Assembly (NCBI GenBank): GCA_018334055.1
Contig: JAGXSS010000040.1
Coordinates: 13,407 to 77,406, forward strand
Direction of reading: 5' to 3'
Length of the DNA: 64,000 nucleotides
Source of the DNA: Peptococcaceae bacterium
GTDB lineage: Bacteria > Bacillota > UBA994
Numbering within the stretch: position 1 is the stretch's first letter; every line of letters begins with the position of its first letter. Shown here one piece after another: positions 1-8,796 of the stretch. The position numbers and the translations under genes were made by a program. The notes beneath the pieces are model-generated. The model had not been told where the DNA came from and did not search any database. It saw only the letters and a list, made by a program, of their open reading frames with translations.

Positions 1-1281
1 ACCCATGGCGGGGGGTAATTTTGTCGATAAATCAACCATCTCTTCCGCCAGTTTCTTGACCCTTTCCCGAAGTTTAATGACGCAGTCCGTTTCATTGGCG
101 AGTCCGCGCACAATGTCCTCGGCCAGCGCTCGACAGTTTGGTGCTCCGCAAGCTCCGCAATCCAGTTCGGGGAGGGTGCTTAGGATCTTTTCTAGCTGCT
201 CCATGCGGCGTATGGCGGCCGAAACATCGCTGTCCAAAGGCAAGATAGGCCTTGGCTTGATGGTGTGGGCGAGATGTGCCAGGGACGAGATGTGGCCACA
301 CTCGACCACTATATTGGGGGTCATGTCCTGCATGAGCGTGCGCAGCCTGGCTTGCGCGACAAAACTATTGGCCACGGTCAACGGCCCACCTAGGCAGCCA
401 CCCGGGCAGGACTGCGCCTCGATATAGTGCACGCCCTCGAGGCGTCCCTGCTCTAGTTCCTCCAGCAAGACGCACACCTCATGGATGCCCGCTACACAAA
501 GTTGTGCACGTTCGGCCACGGCCAAGCCCTCTCCCCCCGGAAGTGCCCAGCCCAGGCCATGTCGACTGGCTTTAACGGGCGCGAGGGAGTCGCCGTTGGG
601 CAGGAGGTGCAACAATGGTCCGTAGATCTCGGCAATAGAGATAGTGCCATCCACGTGGGAGTTGTTGCCTTCCGGTTGGTACACGGCAGTGGTCTTGGCT
701 GGGCAGGGGGTGATAAAGAAGGCACCCACGCGCAATTTTTGTTTTGGCAATGTGGCGGCAGCCCTTGCCTTGGCCAGTTGTGCAGCGAGCTCCATAGGGG
801 TATCTAGCGGCAATAAATGGGTCAAGAGCTCTGGAAAACGCACTTGAATGAGGCGCACCACGGCTGGGCAGCTTGAGGAAATCCACGTTTGAAAAGGTTG
901 CTCGCTTAAGAAATTGCGCACAACACAGGTAAGGTAGTCCGCAGCCTCGGCTACCTCGTAGACATCGTCGAAGCCAGCCAGGTGGAGGGCCGCGATAATT
1001 TGTCCGGGTGAAGTGCCGTGCTTGAACTGCCCAAAGAGAGAAGGTGCGGGCAAAGCAATGCGGTAGTCGTAAGCAGTAAGCACAGCAAGACCGTCCCCGA
1101 ATGCCGTCTTGGCATTGTTCGGGCAGGTGCGAATGCATTCGCCGCAGTCGATGCATCTCTCCTCAATAATCACTGCCTTGCCGTCACGCACCCTGATGGC
1201 CTCGGTGGGACAACGCTTGATACAGTTGGTGCACCCCTTGCAGCGTTCGTGGTCTAGACGCACGGAATGAAAATAGCGCAT
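1..1281 (-). CDS. [FeFe]-hydrogenase-like Fe-S protein (group D/putative sensory type), 3' end truncated by window edge
   Basis: Manual translation from ATG at 1281 (RBS AGGAGG): MRYFHSVRLDHERCKGCTNCIKRCP...CIDCGECIRTCP (2x[4Fe-4S]), H-cluster-like motifs SSSCPAV, ITPCPAK, EAQSCPGGCLGG, C-terminal DCGACGAPNC...C; open to position 1, absent from ORF track because no stop is in the window. Confidence 0.85.
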   Translation of the reverse strand, partial: MRYFHSVRLDHERCKGCTNCIKRCPTEAIRVRDGKAVIIEERCIDCGECIRTCPNNAKTAFGDGLAVLTAYDYRIALPAPSLFGQFKHGTSPGQIIAALHLAGFDDVYEVAEAADYLTCVVRNFLSEQPFQTWISSSCPAVVRLIQVRFPELLTHLLPLDTPMELAAQLAKARAAATLPKQKLRVGAFFITPCPAKTTAVYQPEGNNSHVDGTISIAEIYGPLLHLLPNGDSLAPVKASRHGLGWALPGGEGLAVAERAQLCVAGIHEVCVLLEELEQGRLEGVHYIEAQSCPGGCLGGPLTVANSFVAQARLRTLMQDMTPNIVVECGHISSLAHLAHTIKPRPILPLDSDVSAAIRRMEQLEKILSTLPELDCGACGAPNCRALAEDIVRGLANETDCVIKLRERVKKLAEEMVDLSTKLPPAMG

Positions 1282-1521
1282 ACAGCACCTCCTATGGCTA
1301 GGGGAACTCGCTTACGATAAATATATCACAATTTGGGTTAAATATATTAACTAATAATTAAGACTTTAATAAGAGTCGAGCAGAGAAGCGAATGAGTGCA
1401 AGTGAAAAGAGTAACATTTATTCGTGAAAAATATCACCTAGGTTAAGACCACAGCTGGAGGATGGCGAAGTATACACTTTGTCCCAGCGGAGAAATATAT
1501 ATCAGAGGGTGGGTGGGGTGT

Positions 1522-3042
1522 ATGCAGAAAACCACACGCAAGATGCGAAAACCTGTGCCTGTAAGGGAGCTAACAAAGGCAGACATCGAGAAGGGCCAAT
1601 TCAGCGGCAATCTTAAGCAGGACTGCGACGCTCTCAGGGCGGTGCTCTCAGCCTCCGCTGACTTAAAGGAACGGACGATTAAGATGAGCGATGGAGCACC
1701 CTGTGCGGTGCTCTACTTTGCCAACCTCACTAATCTAGCCCTCATTAGTGAGTCGATTATTGAACCTCTGCAAAGACACGGCGGGGCACAAGGCATCCTG
1801 CATATAGCAGAGCAGGTGGTCCATGTGCCTGAGTACAAGGCCGAAGGTGATATATACCAGGTGGCCTGCGCTTTGTCCGCCGGGACAGTGGCCGTCCTCC
1901 TCGCAGGTGAGGCAGAGGCTCTGCTCCTGCCCCTCCTCGAACTGGAGCAGCGCCCGATAGAGCGTGCCATCCAAGAAGATATTTTGATTGGTCCGCATGA
2001 GAGTTTTAGCGAGAGCCTCGGAAAGAATCTCGCCATTTTGCGCCGGCGGGTCGGGTCGCCCGACCTGAAGATCAAGCAATTGATGGTCGGCCGTCGTTCT
2101 CGCACCACGGTCGCCATTATCTACTTGGCAGAGGTGGCGCAGCCCATACTTGTCGCGGAGATGGAAAAGCGTATCCAGCGCATCGACATAGACTTCACCT
2201 ACGGCATAAATTATCTGACCGATTTTTTAGATGATGAGCCCCACTCGGTGTTCCCGACCCTCAGATCAACGGAAATCCCGGTGCGGGTGGTAGCGGCTCT
2301 AATGGAAGGGCGCATTGCCGTCATGGCTGAGGGTGACGGGAGCGCGCTCATCGCCCCTACTTTTGCGCCTGAATTTTTGCAGGCTTCTGAGGATTACTTT
2401 GACCGGCCTCTCTCCGCTACCTTTTTTCGTTTTATTCGGATGGTGGGGCTAATGATTAGCGTCTTCCTCCCCGGAACGTGGTTAGCGCTAGTATCGTTTC
2501 ACCACGGCATCCTCCCCACGCCGCTCTTTAACTCCATTCAGTCTGGGCGGGAAGGGGTGCCGCTCCCTACGGTAGTAGAAATTTTTGTGCTCATCTTAGC
2601 TTTCGACCTCATTGTCGAGGCCAGTACCAGGATGCCTACCCGCATCGGCCAAGCCTTAGGCATTGTCGGCGGTATTATCCTCGGGCAGGCAGCAGTACAG
2701 GCAGGCTTAGTGAGCCCCGCCTTGGTCATTATTGCCGCCCTCACCGGCCTTGCTATCTTTACGCAACCCTCCATTACCTTCATTTCTGTCCTCAGACTTC
2801 TCAAGTACCCGGTGCTGATCGCCGGCAGCCTGCTCGGCATTTATGGTGTCGTCTGGGCGCTCATCTTTATGCTGATCACCGTTACCGCCATACGGTCCTT
2901 TGGCTACCCCTACATGTTTCCTGTCGCGCCGTTTAATTTGGAGGGGGAGCTGGATATCTTCATAGGGGTACCGAAGTTGTGGCATGCTAAGAGGCAAAAA
3001 TTTCTTTCGCCGCAGAATGAAAGGCGCCTTGACTATGAGTAA
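1522..3042 (+). CDS. Spore germination receptor subunit A (GerA/GerKA family)
   Basis: GP(H)ESF.E, N.A.LRRR, ALMEGRIAV, FLQASEDY, REGVP, IVGGIILGQAAVQAGLVSP motifs; start placed at ATG 1522. Confidence 0.93.
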   Translation: MQKTTRKMRKPVPVRELTKADIEKGQFSGNLKQDCDALRAVLSASADLKERTIKMSDGAPCAVLYFANLTNLALISESIIEPLQRHGGAQGILHIAEQVVHVPEYKAEGDIYQVACALSAGTVAVLLAGEAEALLLPLLELEQRPIERAIQEDILIGPHESFSESLGKNLAILRRRVGSPDLKIKQLMVGRRSRTTVAIIYLAEVAQPILVAEMEKRIQRIDIDFTYGINYLTDFLDDEPHSVFPTLRSTEIPVRVVAALMEGRIAVMAEGDGSALIAPTFAPEFLQASEDYFDRPLSATFFRFIRMVGLMISVFLPGTWLALVSFHHGILPTPLFNSIQSGREGVPLPTVVEIFVLILAFDLIVEASTRMPTRIGQALGIVGGIILGQAAVQAGLVSPALVIIAALTGLAIFTQPSITFISVLRLLKYPVLIAGSLLGIYGVVWALIFMLITVTAIRSFGYPYMFPVAPFNLEGELDIFIGVPKLWHAKRQKFLSPQNERRLDYE

Positions 3043-4117
3043 GGTCAGAGTTGGCCTAGCGCAGTCCACGCTCGCCTTGTTCGTCGTCACCATCGGCACG
3101 GTATTTTTCCCGGTGGCGGGGGTCGTCGTCCCCCTCGCCGGTGCCTCTGGCTGGGTCGCCGTGCTCCTCGCCTTTTTCATAGCACTGCCCTGGGTCTACA
3201 TGGCTACCTATGTAGCGGGTTCCGCCACGGCGCCTAATTGGGGACAGGCAGTCAAGGCATGGCTCGGGCCGTTCGTGGGGCGCATTTTTCTCATGTACTT
3301 TGCCTTTGTTTGGATGTGGCTGGGGGGGTTGTTGCTTGGGCAGGCGGGCCTGGTATTTCACGAAATGGCCATGCCCCGCACTCCTCCCATCGTGCTCTGT
3401 TTCGCCCTGCTCATATTAGTCATGCGGGTTGGATGGCATGGCCTTGAGGTCTTCGTGCGTACCATAGAAGCTCTGGCCATGTTCAGCATATTGGGACTGG
3501 TTGGTCTTCTGGTGGGGATGCTGCCGCTAGTAAGGATTGATCAATTGCGTCCACTTATTGACGCGCCCCCCGCTCTCATAGCTCATGCCGCCATGTTTTG
3601 CCTGCCCTGGGCTATGGAGGGGGTGCTCTTCGCCCTGTTCATCGGCGTGTATGCGCGCAAGCGCCTCGGTATGGGGGGTTACTTTGCCGCGGCGGTGGGG
3701 GCAGCGGGGTTTTCACTGGCCTTTCTCACCATGATGACCGTAGGAGTCTTGGGCCGCGGGGTCACCGAGAGCTACCTCTATCCCACAGCCATACTCATCC
3801 AAGTGGCGCTGCCGGGGTTCTTTCTTGAGGGGGTAGAGATGTTCATGTATCCGCTATGGGTGGTCGCTTCCTATTTTAAGGTAGGGGCCGCATTCATTAT
3901 GGTTTCGGAGAGCCTAGCCGGCGTATGGCAGGGTTTTAAGCAGCCCTACCGCACCCTCTTATTGGGAGGAGTGTTCATGTTCATCGCCACCCGGCCACGG
4001 AATATTTTTGAGTTGGTGGCCTCCATCGGCCGGGTGGACAATACTTTCTTTATGTCCTTTTATTTCATACTGCCGGCACTAGCCCTCTGGGTGAGGGTTA
4101 GTCGGCGCGAGGAGTGA
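3035..4117 (+). CDS. Spore germination receptor subunit B (GerAB/APC permease family)
   Basis: Polytopic membrane protein overlapping the gerA stop; GW.AVLL, E.F.R.IE and LE..M motifs; operon position. Confidence 0.85.
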   Translation: MSKVRVGLAQSTLALFVVTIGTVFFPVAGVVVPLAGASGWVAVLLAFFIALPWVYMATYVAGSATAPNWGQAVKAWLGPFVGRIFLMYFAFVWMWLGGLLLGQAGLVFHEMAMPRTPPIVLCFALLILVMRVGWHGLEVFVRTIEALAMFSILGLVGLLVGMLPLVRIDQLRPLIDAPPALIAHAAMFCLPWAMEGVLFALFIGVYARKRLGMGGYFAAAVGAAGFSLAFLTMMTVGVLGRGVTESYLYPTAILIQVALPGFFLEGVEMFMYPLWVVASYFKVGAAFIMVSESLAGVWQGFKQPYRTLLLGGVFMFIATRPRNIFELVASIGRVDNTFFMSFYFILPALALWVRVSRREE

Positions 4118-4121
4118 GAGT

Positions 4122-5324
4122 ATGACCTACGCCAAATGGGGCCTAGTGTTGATGATTAGCCTACTGCTGGTTGGCTGTTGGGACCAGCAAGAAATCACGG
4201 ACTTAGCCTCAATCGCAGGCCTTGGTTTTGACGTCGGGAGCTATCCCCATACAGTGAGAATGTCGTTTATGACTTCGCCGCCGCGGGCCGGCTTGGGAGG
4301 TGAGGGAGGTGACGGAAGCAGGCTGCGAGTCATGACGGTGGAGGCCGGGTCCTTTACGGAGGCTCTGATTTTGCTGCAAGGGCATATCCGCCGGCAGCCT
4401 TTCTTCTTGCACTTGGGCTTTATACTTTTTGGGGAGGAATTAGCCAAGAGCGGTCTAAATGGCCAAATCGCCGCTCTGCAGGGGAGGAGCACCATCCGCG
4501 GCTCCGTACCCATATTTGTGGCGCAAGGAACGGCAGAGGAGATTTTAACCGCTCGCTCCGGCATCGGGCACGCCCCAGGGCAAGACATAGCGGACTTGCT
4601 CGACAATCTTGCCGAAGCACCGCTGGGCCGCCCCACCACGATTCATAATGTACGCAATGTCCTTGGAGGTCTGGGGAGCGAAATCACAGCACCCATTCTG
4701 GAGCTTACCCCCCTGCGCCTACAGGCTGGTGATGAAAAACCGGAAGTCGGCCTAGGCTTGGCCAATGAACAGTTGCGGGAAGTTTTTGTGCGCCGCCTCG
4801 CCGTCTTCCGCCGTGACAGATGGGTGGCGGACTTTGACCAGTACCTTGTTCAGACCTTCGTTCTGCTGACCGGAACAACCAAAATGGGTAGTCTGAATAT
4901 CACTAATCCGGCTGATCCAAAAAGCATTATGGGCATAGCTATCGCCAACTTTCAAGCGCGGTTTGAGATTAAGATTGAGGGGGATAAAGTAGAGGTCGAG
5001 ATCTTGCCGCGAGTGAAAGCCATTGTGCGCGAAGTAAGCGGCAGTTACATCCTGCGGGACAGGGGTCTTGAACCCATTGCCCAAAATATAGAGCAAGAGG
5101 TTAACCGCCAGGTTATCGCCGTCATGTCCTTTTTACAGGAGCAGAAGGCCGATGCCCTAGGCATTGGCGACATGATTAGGCGGCAACAACCAGATGTTTG
5201 GGCGAGGCTTGAGCCGCGCTGGGGGCAGCTGTTCCCCCAAATAACGGTCAGCGTCAATACTGAGGCCGAAATCACCTCTACGGGCATGCTGGTGCGATTC
5301 TTTGAGATTAAGCGCGGGGAATGA
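4122..5324 (+). CDS. Ger(x)C family spore germination lipoprotein
   Basis: Lipobox LLVGC followed by WDQQEITDLASIAGLGFD; FFLHLGFILFGEELAK; C-terminal DALGIG...W. Confidence 0.92.
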   Translation: MTYAKWGLVLMISLLLVGCWDQQEITDLASIAGLGFDVGSYPHTVRMSFMTSPPRAGLGGEGGDGSRLRVMTVEAGSFTEALILLQGHIRRQPFFLHLGFILFGEELAKSGLNGQIAALQGRSTIRGSVPIFVAQGTAEEILTARSGIGHAPGQDIADLLDNLAEAPLGRPTTIHNVRNVLGGLGSEITAPILELTPLRLQAGDEKPEVGLGLANEQLREVFVRRLAVFRRDRWVADFDQYLVQTFVLLTGTTKMGSLNITNPADPKSIMGIAIANFQARFEIKIEGDKVEVEILPRVKAIVREVSGSYILRDRGLEPIAQNIEQEVNRQVIAVMSFLQEQKADALGIGDMIRRQQPDVWARLEPRWGQLFPQITVSVNTEAEITSTGMLVRFFEIKRGE

Positions 5325-5381
5325 GACTCCCCCTAAATAGACATAGACTATGCCCCCGCCGGATATACTCCCAGAGGGGGG

Positions 5382-5909
5382 GTGTATATCTTGCGGGGGC
5401 AGTCCTATTTTTATACTATGGTCATCACCGTTGCGGTTTTATTGTTTGTTGGCGCAGGGCTGTATTGGGCCTTCTTTTACACGCCCGCCGTGGGGACAGG
5501 TTCTCCTCGGTACTGGCTCTACTTTGCTAATCGCGAGGCTACAGAGGTGGTCGGCGAAAAAAGGGCGCAGAAAGGAGTGCTAACTGGCGAAACTATAATC
5601 GAGGAACTCATCAAGGGACCAAGAACCCAGAATCTGTGGCCCACACTGCCGCAGGGGACCCGGCTTCTTTCGTTTTTTGTCCAAGGCAGAATTGCCTATG
5701 TCGACTTTTCCCGCGAGGTCAAAGAGAATTTTGGTGGGGGTACGGCGAACGAACTGATGCTGGTATACTCGGTAATAGCCTCTCTGACCGAGCTTCCAGA
5801 AATAGCCGCCGTACAGTTCTTGGTGGAAGGTCAGGTGGAGGAGAGTATCTGGGGACATATTGATACCAGTAGCCCGCTCATGCCTGACGAGCAGTTTATA
5901 GCCAGATAA
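5382..5909 (+). CDS. GerMN domain protein
   Basis: N-terminal TM; LYFAN, ELIKGP, LPQGTRLLS, AYVDFS, YSVIASLTE, VQFLVEG. Confidence 0.85.
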   Translation: MYILRGQSYFYTMVITVAVLLFVGAGLYWAFFYTPAVGTGSPRYWLYFANREATEVVGEKRAQKGVLTGETIIEELIKGPRTQNLWPTLPQGTRLLSFFVQGRIAYVDFSREVKENFGGGTANELMLVYSVIASLTELPEIAAVQFLVEGQVEESIWGHIDTSSPLMPDEQFIAR

Positions 5910-7158
5910 ACCAAAGGAAGGCCGCTCCGATGGTGACTGCCACTATTGTCGTCGGGAGGCCAATTTTCATAAATTCACCAAAGGAAACATTGTACCCTTC
6001 GCGCCTGAGCATGCCGACCGCCACGACGTTGGCCGAAGCACCGATGGGAGTGATATTGCCCCCGAGGCTGGTGCTGAGGACGAAGGCAAACATAAAGAGC
6101 AGAGGGTTCACATCCATGCGCTCGGCAAGAAGTTGAGCCACCGGCAGCATGGCGATGGTATATGGGATATTGTCTACCAAGGCCGAGACTGCCACCGACA
6201 CAACAACTATGAGTAAGAAGGCGATGAGTAAGGAGTCGCCGGCCACGGCGGTCATCAGAGTGGCTATTTCGGTGATTACTCCGGTCACGGTAAGGCTGCT
6301 GATTAAGACAAAGAGTCCCGCTAATAAAAAGAAAGTCTGCCAGTCAAGTCTTGACAACTCCATGGCGAATAAATCGGTGCTGTGGTTCCAGAGGAGGGCG
6401 ATGAGACCTATGGTCACGGCGATTATCCCGGGCAAGAAGTCAACGCGACCGGGCACAAAGGAAGAGCCAGACAAGGTCACCACGAGCAGGAGGATAAGAA
6501 GTGACGGCGTCCAGGAATGGACCACGGGCAAAGCATTCTTGCTCGCGGTGCCCTTGGTATTACGCAATAATTTATAGACAATGACCATAGCCACGACAAA
6601 GCCAATTTGGACGGCGAAGAATATGCCGGGTCTGCCGTTCACCCAGAAGAAGTCAAGAAAGGTCAAATTGGCAGCAGTGGCCAACAAGATGCTCGGGGAA
6701 TCGCCGATCATGGTGGCCACCCCCTGCATGTTCGCGGCAATCGCCACCGAGATGAGCACCGGCACCGGCGAGGCCTTGACTTTGCGCGCTGTTTCTAAGG
6801 CCAAAGGGGCGACAATGAAGACGGTGGCCACATTCTCTACGACCGCGGACAGGAGGCCGGAAAAAATCACAATGGCGAGAAGTGAGAGCGCCGCGCTGCC
6901 CGAGGCGTTGACCATGCGGGTGGCCATATAGGCCGGAGCCCCGGAGGCCACAAACAGCTCGGCTAAAATCATGGTGCCGAAGAATAGCCCCAAGACATTC
7001 CAATTGAGGGCTTGCCACGCCTGCGGCAGGGAGATAATGCCGAGCAGTAATAGGAGTAGCGATGCCCCCCAAACGAAGTAGAGAGAACGCTCTCTGTTTA
7101 GAATAAGAAGAAGATAGGTCAGACCGAAAACTAATATGGCGATAGCTTGGTCGCTCAT
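5896..7158 (-). CDS. ArsB/NhaD/SLC13 (IT superfamily) ion permease
   Basis: About 12 TM helices; WNVLGLFFGTM, VENVATV, N.GG.AT.IGD.P, DNIPY, LGGN.T.IGASAN.V. Confidence 0.88.
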   Translation of the reverse strand: MSDQAIAILVFGLTYLLLILNRERSLYFVWGASLLLLLLGIISLPQAWQALNWNVLGLFFGTMILAELFVASGAPAYMATRMVNASGSAALSLLAIVIFSGLLSAVVENVATVFIVAPLALETARKVKASPVPVLISVAIAANMQGVATMIGDSPSILLATAANLTFLDFFWVNGRPGIFFAVQIGFVVAMVIVYKLLRNTKGTASKNALPVVHSWTPSLLILLLVVTLSGSSFVPGRVDFLPGIIAVTIGLIALLWNHSTDLFAMELSRLDWQTFFLLAGLFVLISSLTVTGVITEIATLMTAVAGDSLLIAFLLIVVVSVAVSALVDNIPYTIAMLPVAQLLAERMDVNPLLFMFAFVLSTSLGGNITPIGASANVVAVGMLRREGYNVSFGEFMKIGLPTTIVAVTIGAAFLWFIWL

Positions 7159-7189
7159 GTAGAACCTCCCATCATCAATCTAGGCAGAC

Positions 7190-7223
7190 AAAAAGACCTC
7201 TGCCCCATATAGGACAGAGGTCT
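7190..7223 (-). terminator. Intrinsic terminator (riboswitch expression platform)
   Basis: Minus strand AGACCTCTG-loop-CAGAGGTCT followed by UUUUU; 5' arm overlaps the aptamer 3' strand. Confidence 0.8.
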
Positions 7224-7302
7224 CGCTACAAAGTCGTACCTTGTGCAGAGCCGGCGCCAAGGCGCGTGATGACGACCCATGCATTACTAGCTACTCCCCT
7301 CG
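7215..7302 (-). ncRNA. yybP-ykoY (Mn2+-sensing) riboswitch
   Basis: Minus strand GAGGGGAGUAGC...GUCGUCAUCACG-hairpin-CCGGC...GCGAGACCUC matches the family hallmarks; lies between a sigmaA promoter and the permease. Confidence 0.85.
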
Positions 7303-7312
7303 TGTCTGTTTC

Positions 7313-7341
7313 AGTATAGCAGACCTACCTATTGACTTCAA
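7313..7341 (-). promoter_or_regulatory. SigA promoter for riboswitch-permease unit
   Basis: TTGAAG-N17-TATACT on minus strand, just upstream of aptamer. Confidence 0.7.
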
Positions 7342-7382
7342 CACTCCCGTGGTTTTGGCGGATCAAAGGGCGCGGCATCACA

Positions 7383-7411
7383 TTGACAAGCTAAGCAACT
7401 AGAACGATAAT
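7383..7411 (+). promoter_or_regulatory. SigA promoter for murA
   Basis: TTGACA-N17-GATAAT. Confidence 0.7.
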
Positions 7412-7442
7412 TGGGGGTATAGATGTAAGCGAGGGTGAGTGC

Positions 7443-8693
7443 ATGGGCTCGATATTGGTAAGAGGCGGAACACGTTTAAAGGGTGAAGTGCCCGTTAACG
7501 GGTCTAAATATGTAGCGCTCGCGGCTATCCCTGCCGCGCTTTTGGCCGATAGCCCGGTGGTTATTGAAAACCTACCTGACTTAAGCGATGTGCGGGTTTT
7601 TTGTGATATTTTACGGGGATTAGGGGCCACTGTTTCTTTTGCGGGTGGGGTTGCGACCATCGATCCGCATGGTTTCCGACCTGGGGTTCCCGCCCCGGCC
7701 TTAGTGAGGAAGTTGCGCGCTTCATATTACTTGCTTGGAGTAATGCTGGCTCGTTTCGGTGCCGCAGACGTAGCGCTGCCCGGCGGCGATGACATTGGGC
7801 CGCGACCCATCGATCAGCATGTCAAGGGCTTGTGTGCCCTAGGGGCAACCACGAGCATTGAGCATGGCCACATTAAAGCTACCTCCACCGGATTAAAGGG
7901 AACCACCATCTATCTTGATGTGGCCAGCGTCGGGGCGACAATAAATATTATGCTGGGCGCGGTGCTCGCAGAAGGGCAGACTTTGATTGTCAACGCTTAC
8001 CCTGCGCCGTGGATTATTGACCTCGCCAATATGTTAAACGCGATGGGCGCAAAGGTGTATGGTGCGGGCACCGAGACCATACGCATTCAGGGGGTAACGA
8101 AACTACACGGTTGCCAGCATGCCATTATCCCCGACCAAAGTGAAGCCGCCACCCTAATGATTGCCGCGACTCTCACGGGCGGCGATGTGACCCTGCACAA
8201 TATCATCCCGTTGCATCTAGGGGCGGTCATAGCCAAATTAAGGGAGACCGGGGCAGTAATTCTGCCTGCGGAAGATAGCGTTCGTCTTATCGGCCCGCGG
8301 CGTCCAACCGCGGTCAATGTCAAAACCTTGCCTTATCCCGGTTTCTTTACCGATTTTCAGGCCCCGATGAGCACGCTCTTGACCATGGCCGAGGGTACCA
8401 GCTTAGTTACCGAGACTATCTGGGAGGATAGATTCAAGCATCTTGAGGAGCTGGCGAAGATGGGGGCCAAAGTGCGCATTGAGGGGCGCACCGCCTTTAT
8501 TGAAGGGGTCTCTCAGTTGACCGGGGCCCAGGTGCGTGGCACGGACCTGCGAGCGAGTGCGTCTTTGGTCATGGCCGGTCTAGTCGCCGCCGGGACAACA
8601 GAGGTTGAGGGTATTGAACATATGGACCGGGGTTATGAACGATTCGATGCCAAACTGCAGCTTCTGGGTGCGGACGTAACTCGGACAGAATGA
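7443..8693 (+). CDS. murA: UDP-N-acetylglucosamine 1-carboxyvinyltransferase (Asp at the Cys115 position)
   Basis: LRASYYLLG, LPGGDDIGPRPIDQH, SVGATIN, DLRA, DRGYE motifs. Confidence 0.93.
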   Translation: MGSILVRGGTRLKGEVPVNGSKYVALAAIPAALLADSPVVIENLPDLSDVRVFCDILRGLGATVSFAGGVATIDPHGFRPGVPAPALVRKLRASYYLLGVMLARFGAADVALPGGDDIGPRPIDQHVKGLCALGATTSIEHGHIKATSTGLKGTTIYLDVASVGATINIMLGAVLAEGQTLIVNAYPAPWIIDLANMLNAMGAKVYGAGTETIRIQGVTKLHGCQHAIIPDQSEAATLMIAATLTGGDVTLHNIIPLHLGAVIAKLRETGAVILPAEDSVRLIGPRRPTAVNVKTLPYPGFFTDFQAPMSTLLTMAEGTSLVTETIWEDRFKHLEELAKMGAKVRIEGRTAFIEGVSQLTGAQVRGTDLRASASLVMAGLVAAGTTEVEGIEHMDRGYERFDAKLQLLGADVTRTE

Positions 8694-8796
8694 ATCCAAA
8701 AAATATGTAATAAAGCAAAATTATTACCCAACCAGAAAGGGATATGAGGGGTCTCTGCAGAATACCCATGTTGATGTGGCATGGAGGATGATGGCG

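Noticed and set aside
5-1257. Track ORFs 5..427, 481..807, 572..1156, 1018..1257 and similar
   Set aside because: Shadow frames of the hydrogenase-like gene on the minus strand
1314-1440. Rex operator-like sequences upstream of the hydrogenase
   Set aside because: Only one half-site resembles TTGTGAA-N4-TTCACAA in each case
5342-5350. CATAGACTA mother-cell sigma -10 box before GerMN
   Set aside because: No matching -35 element at the expected spacing
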